A stretch of 64,000 nt of DNA from Vermamoeba vermiformis (lineage: Eukaryota), in contig JBEWZL010000235.1 in assembly GCA_045837725.1 (NCBI GenBank), forward strand, positions 124,001 through 188,000, given 5' to 3'. Of the stretch, positions 44,101-55,577 are shown in pieces (the first letter of the stretch is position 1; each line of letters starts with the position of its first letter). The notes under the pieces are model-generated. The model saw only the letters and a program-made list of their open reading frames with translations, was not told the origin of the DNA and searched no databases. Position numbers and translations under genes: made by a program.

Positions 44101-47100
44101 ATGGCCAAATTTCAAGTGCTCTATACCAAGCATAAAATACAAACGCGTAAAACATGGCAGGATGGTTTCATTAAATTCAATGCGTTCAACAGAAAGGTAG
44201 ATCCCAATTTATTAATTACGCTACCATTGCTAGGCAATCGTGAGCAGCTCTCATAGATACCTGTTTATGTATTATTACGTGCATTTCAATATTTTTTCTG
44301 AATATTTAAAATATTAGGTGACGTTGACGTCCGAAGACGAAAATGAAGTTCTGGATTCGTTGTTTCTGAAGCAAACGTTTCAGCTGCGTGATGGATCAAT
44401 ATTTGAGACCGAAAAATTCCTCGTTGACGTGCAAGAGGTCGATGGATTCATGGCAGCACTGCACGGAGCACCAGTCAAAGCACCGCCAGCCCCCGTGCCC
44501 AAGGTGCCAGCAGTCATCAGCAACACCACGCACAGCAATGCACTGAAGCGAAAGGCGCCTACTGCACTGCCATCCACTGAGCCGAAGAAGCGACGTCTGG
44601 GCCTGAACAGAGCAGCAATGCGTGCCGGTACTAAGACAGGGAACTCTGCCGCAGAGTTCAAACAACCCGCGCTCAAGTCCCCCGAGAGCAGTGCCTCAGC
44701 TCTGTCTGACAGCGCGGACACAGTGGCAGCACGCGAGGAGTACTGCAGTGCCCCTGCAACACAAGAGCGCAACACTGAGCACTATGCACCGCTCAAAGTG
44801 GAGTTCTCATTGCAGCACTCATCTGCAGCTCTCGATGCCAGTGACATTGACGATGATGAGATGTGAGTCGATAGTATTAATACATGCGTTTACTGACTGA
44901 ATGCTCGCAGTGTACTGCAGCCAGAGGAGTTTGAGGCTAAAACACTCGACGTGCCCATGCAACACGAACAAGACCTCGCTTCATCGTACGTATTGGTTGT
45001 GTATATTATACCGTGTATATTATAATCTGACAACACTTACAGCGAGCCACGCAACGAGAACTCGTTTGATTTGTCCTTTTCACCCTCCAGTCCCGACATT
45101 GACTTTGGCTTCCTCATTGATCCACCCCCGTCGAACACCAACGCCATTGTTCTCACTGACACACCTGCACTCACAAACAGCTCCAATCAGCCGCATGCAG
45201 CACTCTCGAATAACAAAAGCAATAATAACGCGGTCAAAGCGAGCACTTCGCTGCTGCACAGACGAGTCGGACTCAAAGCGAGTGACAGTGCCATATCCAC
45301 ACCCAGAGCACTCGTGTCAGCCAGCACCCCTGTCAAACAAGCACCGCTCCACCAGTCCTCGCCACCACAACCCGAATTCAAGAGTCCCAAACAGTCGTTG
45401 TCCTTTGCCAAAGCCAATCGCTGGACGCACCAGAGCTTGTGCTTCCCAGACAAACAGACCTGCGAGGAGTTAGAGAAGAGCATGCCCAAGCCACGCCGCA
45501 GCATTGTGATCCCCAACACCTTCAATGACATTCGTCAGTACGTCACTGTGTTCACCGAGTCCATTCACGAGGTACGCACTGCTGAGTCCGTAGTGTGGTC
45601 TAATGTCTGTGCCAGGAGCTGAATCTGCAGCTGTTGGAGGTCGCGAAGAAATTTCACAAATGGTCTGCGTCGTTGATGGGCGGCAAGAGCTTCATGTCGC
45701 ACGATGTCGAGAAGAGATTTCGAGCCAAGGGCATCAAGTTGTACACCAACTGTGAACTCGCCAAAAGGTAACTCAGGGTGCTGTTGATGCGCGGTACTAA
45801 TGCGGTGCAGTGCCATCAATCCGTTCAGACACCAAAAGGACGCCAAGGACAAGGCACAGCTCTATCTGACACTCGACAAGAACAGTCGCGAGCACTACTC
45901 GCACTACGCCAAAGGTAACGCCGTGCACACACAATGTGTTGTCGCTAACTCACCGCGCAGATGACATTTGGATCCTCTCTTCCAACGCGACATTTGCACC
46001 GCGCAATGCTGACGACATTTTCTTCTTGGCGCGCAGTGTCTATCACGGCCCCACTTCGAATGGACTGCTGGAGGTACGTGCGAATGGTCCATTGTATTCA
46101 ATCTATTGTACTCAGTGCCACGTCAGATCAAACCCGTGGGTGACATGCCGGGCATTGGCAACAAACAGATTGTGCACGCACTGCACGGCCCCAACTTCTC
46201 GCTGGACATGGCCATGCTAGGTACAGGTACAGTGGCGTGTCTGACAATACTAACCACGCCACAGAGAATTTGCTGCTCTTGCCCGAGTCCAATCTGCCGC
46301 TCATCCCCTCGCTCTTGGGTCAATTTCAGCCCTCGCCACGACTGCGCGTCAATCTCCCGCAATCTCGCATCGCAGAACTCGCGCACCAGACCATCACTGA
46401 CCATCGTCTCAACGAGGACCAGCAGCGGTAAGTCATTCTCATGCGTGCACGGCAATACTGATCGTTGCAGTGTGATCATGAGTTGTGTGCAGTGGTTCGA
46501 GGGTGCACATGCGCAGCTCAAAGACGACGTAGTGCTCGTGCACGGCGTGTATGGCTCGGGCAAGAGTCACTTGCTCGTCGTGCTGATCATCTTCCTGTGC
46601 ACCATGCTCAAAGAGGCACACAACGAAGACATTCGCATCCTCGTCTCTGCAGCTACCAACACAGCGGTGGATCGCATTCTGTTGGGGCTGTTGGAGCTCG
46701 AATTCACTGAATTCATTCGAGTCGGCAGTCTCAAACGCATTGCCAAGCCCGTGCTGCCCTTCACACTGCACCGCGATCGTGGGGACAGCAAGGCCGACAA
46801 CGAGCGCAGTGACAAACTGGCGCTGAAAGAGCTGCAAGAGATGTTGGAGGGCAGTGGCCTGTCGAACAAAGAGCGCAGCTACATCAAACAAGCGATTGAA
46901 GGTACGTGTCAGCACTCGAGAGTGTGTCGCATCAGTGCTACTTTACTTACTCGAGGGGTGCAGATCTCAAGCACGGTCGCATCAAACAGCGCATTGAAAA
47001 GTTGAAAAAAGTGCGTGTGGTCGGTGTGACCTGCGCAGCTTCAGTGTTCCCCGTGCTGGAGGGCAACAAGTTTCAGATCGTCATCTTGGACGAGTCGAGT

Positions 47101-48653
47101 CAGATGTTAGAGGTGTGTAACGCAGTCTATTGTCCTGCCAGCACTGACACTCCAGCAGCCCCTCAGCATGTTGCCCATCGGCAAGTTTGGTTGCGAGAAG
47201 TTGATCTCGGTGGGTGATCCCATGCAACTGCCCCCCACTCTGACCTCCAATCAAATCACCACCAGCCTTGAGGACCACACGCTCGGCAAGACACTCTTCA
47301 CCCGTCTCGCGCACCTCGGTGTCACTCCGATCATGTTGCGCACTCAGTACCGCGTACGTCTTACAATGACACGTGTCAATTTGACACTTTACCTAACAAC
47401 TCCGCAGCTGCACCCTCAGTTGAGCAAGATCTCCAACAAACTCTTCTACAGCAATCAGTTGCGCGATGGTGTCACGAGTGCGGACCGTGCCCCGCTGGCC
47501 ACTGATGTCCCGACACTGCTGTTCTGCAACACGGCGAACGGTGGCAATGTAAGTGACACGTGTGTACTGTACTGCTCACCCGTCTGTTTAGGAAGTCATG
47601 CTGGGCGACAGCTATTTCAATCAGTACGAAGCACAGCTCGTGGTGGAGCTCATTCTCATGCTGCTCGAGCGCGGCTGTCGTGGCGAAGAGATCGGTGTGA
47701 TTGCATTGTACAAGCGGCAGGAGCAGAAGATCAGCGAGCTCTTGTTGCAGCGCAGTGGCCTTGTGACACCTGTCAATCAGCAGCCCTCACAAGACACCGA
47801 AGACGAGGCTGTCTCGCGTGAGAGTGCTCTGAAACAAGTGCAAATATCGACTGTGGATGCATTTCAGGGAGCGGAGAAAGGTAATGTCCAAATTAGGCAA
47901 GTCCGTTGACTGACCGTTGACTGCAGAGGTGATCATTGTCTCCACGGTCAGAACGAGCAAGCGAGGGTTCACTGACAGCCCGAACAGACTCAACGTGGCT
48001 TTGACACGCGCGCGCAGGTCAGTGTTTGACAGGTGTCACGTGACGCAACTAACTCCGAACAGACACTTACTGATTGTGGGTCGAGCCACCACCCTCACTG
48101 GCAGTCACTTGTGGCACGAAGTAATTGCGCAAGCACGTGGTAGGTCTATTTTTAGCATGTAATTGCATGTAAAAATTAATTGCCTAATATGGTAGCAACA
48201 CCACGCGGCTTTCAGCAAGCGCAGCAGTTGCTCGCGCACAAGAACTTCATGGCCCCGAACATCGCTGCAGTGCCTGACGAGCCAGTGAGTGACACGTGTC
48301 AAAACGAGAGCGAGAATGACACGCGTCAAACTGAAGCCGACGTTGACGAGGACAAAGACTACGAGGACATACGGAGTGAACTGCGCGGATCACGTGACTC
48401 GCCTGAACCTCTACCAGGGCCTGAACACGAAGGCTCGGAAGATATTTCCTTATTAGGCAATAACACTAACCTCGAAGAAGAGCTGCCGAATGACGAAGAG
48501 GTGCTTGATGACGGTCAAATCGTGTTCGCGCTCGATGACGAGGCCGCAGTGTCGCCCAGTCCTAGTCGCAGTGTCGCGCAGTCGAGTGAGTTCACGACAG
48601 ATGCAGCACTCGAAGAGTTCGACGACCACGATGAGTTTGATTTGGGCTTCTGA
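44101..48653 (+). CDS. ZGRF1: ZGRF1-like protein (DUF2439 + Upf1-like SF1 helicase)
   Basis: FQVLYTKHKIQTRKTWQDGF (DUF2439), LVHGVYGSGKS, SAATNTAVD, ILDESSQ, VGDPMQLPP, LRTQYRLHP, STVDAFQGAEK, NRLNVALTRAR. Confidence 0.88.
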
Positions 48654-48782
48654 GCTCACTCTACATAACAAGTGTTGTAAATATTGCGCGTTGTGTTCGC
48701 AAGGCAGTTGTATATCAGTGTTCAATTTATTCGATTTACAGTGGCTGGATGTAGATTAACTGGGTGTATATTGTTGAATGTC

Positions 48783-49032
48783 TTATTCGTCAGCCTTTTG
48801 GCGATCCAATCTTTCCTTCACATCAATCCACAATTTCTATATTAAACGAGCGTTAACGCACTTCAGACAAGGCAGATCGAGTTCGACTTACGCCCTTGTT
48901 GAGTTTGTGCCAAAGAGAGTCCATGAAGCTGCTGCTGGTACCTTCAATAACAACGGCAGTGGCAATAATAGCGCCAAACCAGAGAGAGTTTCTCTTGAAG
49001 AATGCGTTGTAAGCAGTGGCCTTGAAATCCAT
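48783..49032 (-). CDS. QCR9: Cytochrome bc1 complex subunit 9 (not in ORF track)
   Basis: Two exons give MDFKATAYNAFFKRNSLWFGAIIATAVVIEGTSSSFMDSLWHKLNKG/KLWIDVKERL..., matching the family NxGKLW motif. ATG directly follows an acceptor (intron 49262-49033). Confidence 0.88.
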
Positions 49033-49267
49033 CTAAAAAAATACAATATTTTAATATCCGAGTGTAGTTATTGTCCATTGCAGTATAATTATCTACAAGA
49101 TCTTATTTTGTAGTTAATTTAATTATTGCCGGCTAATATGGTGAATTATTATTATTATTTGTATTAATTATCAAATCCGAGCTGTTGTTGTCAGTGCATT
49201 ATTATTCGAATCATTATCTGCAGTTAATATGACGCGTACTAATAACAACTAATATAACGCACCTGTT

Positions 49268-49518
49268 TATGTTGATGAGTGCAGTTACGAATAAGAAATA
49301 ACCAACTTTCACGAACAAACTGCACCTCACCGCCGCTGTCAATCATGCCGCTAGAGATGTATAGAGGACACAAACATAAAGAACTCTTCAAATGTGTGGT
49401 GCATCTGCATAGCCGCGAATAGGGCTTGGGGTGTAATGTAGTTGCGGATTGGCGAGATCTACTTATTGTTCGTTCTCGCCGACTGTCTTGCGCTATCACG
49501 GCATACCCCCACGACTAT
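49268..49518 (-). ncRNA. Candidate structured RNA (three consecutive hairpins) or structured QCR9 5' leader
   Basis: Minus-strand stems AUAGUCGUG/CGCGGCUAU, GGCGAGA/UCUCGCC, AGAUG/CAUCU and GGUGAG(G)UGCAGUU/AACUGCACUCAUC; G-U pairs close only on the minus strand. Confidence 0.4.
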
Positions 49519-49633
49519 AATAAACAGAATAGCGCAGTCTCTGAGCGTGCCTCGAATAGTTCCGCGCGCCAAATAAATCAGTGCCGAGTCGCTGATTGTT
49601 AATCAAAATTTCAAGTACAGAAGAGCCCTACAA

Positions 49634-52069
49634 ATGAGTACAGGTACTTGCACCATCTCATAGCTCCATATTCATATACTGCCTATTCAAATGCGCGCGG
49701 TGGTGAATCAGCTGGTGTTGTTTGCAGTTCTTTCAATACGCACGTCAATCTGCTGCTACTTGCAGCCCCTTCAACTTGGCGCTTGAAAATTAAATTAAAT
49801 GCATTACAATAGCATTTAATACTGCATTACACCACCATTGCTGTTCATCGATACCGCTATTTAATTTGAAAATTAAATCCAGGTTTTGAAAATAATTTTG
49901 CGAAGCTAATTAGCTAGATTGCATTATACAATCATATTAACACTGCACTTAATTTCAATAGGAGCTAATGATTTACAAGTCGTCGGTGTGCTGATCGACG
50001 AGCTCAAGAACGAAGATACACAACACAGATTGGCTTCAGTGCGCAAGCTGAGTACCATCGCTCGCGCGCTTGGCCCCGAGAAGTGCGTCAAAGAGTTGTT
50101 GCCCTTCTTGCAAGGTAATATACTGCTGCCTCTATTTTTCGAGCTCCATCCGGAAACGGTTACTCGAGCGAATCTGAAATACAAATAGAAGAAGTTGCAA
50201 TAATAGCCATAACGACAATCGTTCATTTAACCGAGCAGAAGATCGTATTATTAATAACCCAGCATTGATTAAATTGCGCACAAACTTTGCGTAGATCTGC
50301 TCGCTGCTTCAACACGCAATACTTGTCAATTCGTTATTATACCAATCTTATACTGCGCATATGACTTGCTACGCGAATATTACGTGCCTTGTGTCCACAA
50401 AACACTGATCCGCTTGTTTTTTCAGATTGCGTGGACGACGAGGACGAAGTGTTGCTGGCCCTGGCGGAAGAACTGAAGCACTTCCCCGACTACATTGGCA
50501 CTGAACAGGCACATCTCTTGCTGCCCCTGCTCGAATCACTCGCTTCGGTGGAAGAGACAGTCGTGCGCGACAAGGCAGTCGAGGCCGCGGTGCAGATCAT
50601 CGCGCGCTTGAGTGAGACACAACTCGTCGAACACGTGGTGCCGCTGATCAAACGACTCGGTGCCGGTGATTGGTTCACGCCGCGCACTTCTGCCTGCGGT
50701 CTGTTCGCGCAGTGCTACGGTCAGCTGCAGCACGAGGCTGTGAAAAAAGAGCTGCGCGCGCTGTACAATCAACTCGTGCACGATGACACGCCCATGGTGC
50801 GCCGTGCTGCTGCCACCAACTTCAAGGTGAGACTAGGCCCGTGGTGTATATACAGCCTTGTGTACTAATAATACTACTGCGCAGAACTTTGTCGTCAAAG
50901 TGGAGCCCGAGCACGTGAAGCACGAACTGGCCCCCATGTTCAGCGTGCTGGCCAAGGACGATCAGGACAGTGTGCGCTTGTTGTGCATTGAGAACGCCGT
51001 GGCCCTCGCACAGCGCATTGGCATGGACGACAGCGTGCAGCTCGTGTTGCCGACCGTGCACAGCTTCATCGCCGACAAGTCCTGGCGCGTGCGCTACATG
51101 GTCGCCAAGCACTACGTCGAGCTGGCACACTGCTTTGGCGCGCAGGTGTTGAGCAACGAACTCGTGGGCGGCTTCATCAAGATGTTGAAGGACCCTGAAG
51201 CGGAAGTCAAGACCGCAGCGGCCTCCAAGCTGACTGGCTTCTGTGCCGTGCTGGATCTGGCCACGGTGACCAAGATGATCTTGCCCTGCATCAAAGACCT
51301 CGTGTCCGATGACAGTCAACACGTGCGTGCCTCACTCGCGAGTGACATTATGGGCCTGGCACCGCTGCTGGGCAAAGAGATGAGCAACGAGTACCTGTTG
51401 GACCTCTTCTTGCAGCTGCTCAAAGACGACAACAGCGAGGTGCGCTTGAACATCATCAGCAAGCTCGAGCCCGTCAGTCAAGTCATCGGCATGGACACGC
51501 TCTCGCAGCACCTCTTGCCCGCCATTGTCGAGCTCGCTGAGGACCGTCAGTGGCGCGTGCGACTCGCGATCATCAAATACATTCCACAGCTCGCGGCACA
51601 GCTCGGCGTCGAGTTCTTCAACGACAAACTGCGCTCGTTGTGCATCAATTGGCTCGCTGACCCCGTGTTCTCCATCCGCGAGGCCGCCACGACCAATCTG
51701 CGTCAGTTGACTGAAGTGTTCGGCGTGGAGTGGGCACGTGCTCAAATTATTCCGCACATTGTTGCCATGCACAATCACAGCAATTACTTGCACCGCATGA
51801 CCACGCTGTTCTCGATCGGAGGTCTGGCCGATGTGATTGGCCCTGAAGTCATCAACGAGCACCTCTTGCCTATTCTCATCAAGTTAGCGGCAGATCCAGT
51901 GCCCAACATTCGATTCAATGCCTGCAAGACCTTCAAGTCATTAATTCCGCTGCTCGACAGCACTGCAGTCCAATCACGTGTCAAGCCCGTGCTGCAGAAC
52001 CTCTTGGCCAACGATACTGATCGCGATGTGCGCTTCTTTGCCGAACAAGCACTGACTGGCTGCAATTAA
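49634..52069 (+). CDS. PPP2R1A: PP2A scaffold subunit A (HEAT repeats)
   Basis: 10-nt first coding exon ATGAGTACAG, then [63 protein letters not shown]. Confidence 0.96.
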
Positions 52070-52272
52070 TTGACACGGTGACAGGTGCCACCAGATCGTA
52101 AATAGCAGCAAATACTGGTGTCAACTGCCGCGCTGTGTGTTTTGTAATTGTTTTTTTAACCTTTTAAACTTCGAAATAAAATCAATTGTATTCTTGTATA
52201 TGACGGTATTATTACATCAAAACTGTACATGTTGTTGTTGTTAGTGCCGAGGACGAGGAGCAGATCTGTTCG

Positions 52273-55200
52273 CTACTCATCACCCTCCTCGACCTCTTCA
52301 TCGTCAGCAATGCCGAGCTTGGCTTTGAGATCGTTCTTCTCCATTTCAGCGCGGGCCAGACACACCAACAGCTCTTCTTGCTCGGCTGCCAGGGCCTCGT
52401 ACTGCTCTTTGCTCTCCGTGAGCTCTGCCGTCAATTCCTTCACGCGCTTGCTCAACACTTCCAAGTTGGAGTCACTCAGCGCGCTGTTGCTCTTCTCGCG
52501 CTCCAATTGACTCACGCGCGACTGCAGCACTTTGTTCTCCTCACGCACGCGCTTCAACTCTTCGTTCTCTTGGCGCAGTCGTCGCAGTTCGAGGAATTGA
52601 TCGTCATTCGCCCCTGTTGTCTTTTGCTATAAAAGGCAAGTCAGTTCCGAACACTCAACTGACACATGTCATTCACGCACCTCCAAGCTTTGCACACGTG
52701 CTTTGAGCTCCACAATCTCGCGCTCACGACGCTCCAACTCTTCTTTGAGCTTGCTGTCATTTGTCTGCATTTGGAACAAATAAGGTTAATATTGCCAAAT
52801 AAGGCAATCCGACATACGCCGAGTTGCGGAGATTTGATCTTGTACGCGTTGAGTTCTTGTCCTAATTGGGCCACGCGCTTCTCCGACTCTTCGTATCTCC
52901 TGCGCAGATCAACGAGCTGTTTGTCCTGCGCTAATAATAGCTCTTTGTACTGATCGATCTTCATTTGGTGCTGTTCTTGGCTCACACTCGCAGGGCCCGT
53001 GCTGGCACTCGCGCTCACTTGATTTGGTCGCAAGCGGCGCACAATTTTGTCTGTTCAGTGAACCGCATGTCAGAGAGGTGTGACAGGTGACACGTGTCAA
53101 ACTACGTACCGTACGTGCGATTGAACAGGAGCGTGAACTCAAAGTCGTACCAGTGCTGCACCGTGTCGTCCTCGTGCACCGCGTGGTGTTGTAGGGCACG
53201 CTGTTGTGCGCGCGTGAATTCATCGCTGCGGCGCACTTGATCCAAGCGATCGAGATAGCGATCGATCGTGATGCTGTTGGTGACGAGATCTTGGATCAGA
53301 CTGCGCTCAGCGGTCACGTGATCGAGCGGCAGACACAGACCACACACCAGGGCTGACAGACCAGCCACGTGCATGTTGGTCGAGGGCTGATTGATCACGT
53401 CCACCAACTGCCTTATTAGTCAGTCGTGGGAACACTGCGCTAAAAATAGAACTACGCACCGTAGAGATGTTCTCGCGTCCGTTCATGAACAGCGTCACTG
53501 CGGGGTCACAATCGTCCAACCACGTGGCTATCATGCGCAACAGGCCGAGTTGCACCTAAAAATAGAATGAGTCGCGTAACCTTCGCGCCATTCACTGAAC
53601 GTTACCGGCACAGCAGCACGTGTCTTGAAGGCCTTGATGAGCAGTTTGACAGTTTTTGACAGCAAATTGTCCGCTGCACGGTGTTCGCTGTCCTCGAGCG
53701 GAATTTTCAACAAGAGTTCTTTGACCAGGGCATTGTTCCGCAAAATAGCTGCAAAGATGACAGCAGAGAACCAGATTTTCAGTCCTTGCTCCTCGTGCGC
53801 GGCATCACCATCGAGCACGTGGATCAACATGCGTCCACAGGCCTCTTCATCGACCTCACTTGCCTTATCGGGCAATGGTGTCACGGTGGTGGCCAGTGCG
53901 CGCTGAGCCTCGCTGTTCTCGGTGAGATAGGCTGACAGCACACTCAGCGCGGCGTGTCGTTCAGCGAGCAGCGGGGCGTGGAAGATGATCAGCAGCAGCT
54001 TGATCACTGCGGGCTGCGCTTGTTTGTTCAGCACCTCGCTGTCGTAGCGCGTGGTCTCGAACACGTGACTGTTGTCCACGTGACCGCGCAACAGCAGTGC
54101 CAGGGCCCGCATGGCCATCAGTCGCACGCGCGGTGAATTGAGTCCGCCGAGTGCCAGCTTCATCACGTGATCGAGTATCTTGTTCTCGTTGAACGCGGTC
54201 TGAAAGCTGTACGTGTTGGTGCTGGTGCCGGACAGCAGTGCTATTAATAGCCGCAGTGCGTGGTAGAGGATCTCAGCCTTGTTCTCGGTCAGCAGCCACA
54301 TGTCACCTTTCTCGACCTCGTACAGCGGGGGCAAGCGTTCAATGCAGCCCATCTCGCGGAACAGATTCTGCAGTGACACGTGTCAAACAGCGGACAGCAC
54401 GAATGGGAATAAAGCACGCACCTGATTGGAGGGATTGTCGCTCAAGAGTGCCGTGAGCAGCACAATGCAGTCCACGACGACCACGCCGCCCTGATTCATC
54501 TGCTCCTCGCCCATAATGTCCAACAAGCGATCAAAGCCCCCCTCAAAAGCAACAATCTTCTGGATCTCTTGATTGCTGCGCGTCAGTTCGGTCAGCAGCA
54601 ACAGACCCTCTAGTGCCCGTGGTTAGTAACGACTAGTAACTGACACCATGCCACTCACCATTGCGTATGAGGTCTGAATTGGTGCGCAAGAGGTCCGTCA
54701 GGTGCGCAATGCCCATCGGTGTGTGCAGCACTGCCTGTTGCAGCTGCGACGCGTTGTTGGCGAGCAGAATGGCCAGCAGCTTGGCCGTCAAGTAGCGCAC
54801 ATTCTTGTCCGACTCCTCGAGCAGCGACAGCACGATGGGGATGTTCTGCGGGTCCTAGTGCGTGCATTATAACGTTATAGAGGGCGTGCATAGGAGTGGT
54901 GTAGCGGTGATGACGTCAGGTCTGCACCACTAATTTTAACTGCGCTACTTACCTCCACGAACTTCTCGACATTCTTGTACGCCACTGACTCAGGGGGTAC
55001 TTTGCGTTGTTCTTTGTCCTACGAATTTTTCGAATTATTTTTCAATTTTAATGCAGATGGTTGTGTTGATGTTTGCAATCACTTACCACAGTCATTATAT
55101 TCACGAAAATCTGTAATAATCCCTTAACCGAGTCATTGTCCTGTCGTTCCGTCTTGAGCGCATTAATCAACACGGAAATAGCAGATCCAATGTCCTGTAC

Positions 55201-55402
55201 ACGAGTCAGATCTGATTTGAGAGGAGCGATAGTAACAACACACCTTGCTAGTGTCCGCGTTATCAGATATGTTCTTCAAATCAGCAATAGCTTTCTTCTT
55301 GTCTTCGCGCGAGGCTGCATCTTGAATGCGCTGCACGAGTGTGGGGACAGAGACCTGCTGCTGTGTAGAGGCCTTGTCCATGAGGCCCTTCAACCAACTC
55401 AT
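52273..55402 (-). CDS. USO1: Uso1/p115 Golgi vesicle tether
   Basis: PMGIAHLTDLL...IRNEGLLLLTELT, IQKIVAFEGGFDRLLDI, VVDCIVLL...NPSNQNLFRE armadillo head; coiled coil ending EQEELLVCLA and an acidic tail. Confidence 0.92.
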
Positions 55403-55577
55403 GGCTTAGCTGTGTGATAGTGGTGAGGGCTGTGTTCGTGTCAGTGGACTATCAAACAGAAATGACTTGCGCGTCAGATGTGCACCACACGTTAGAGGAA
55501 GCGAACGCGGTCATAAACAGCACTTGATATATAACACTGGCATAGCAATTGTGATGTTAAGTGTACTGCAGTAACAG

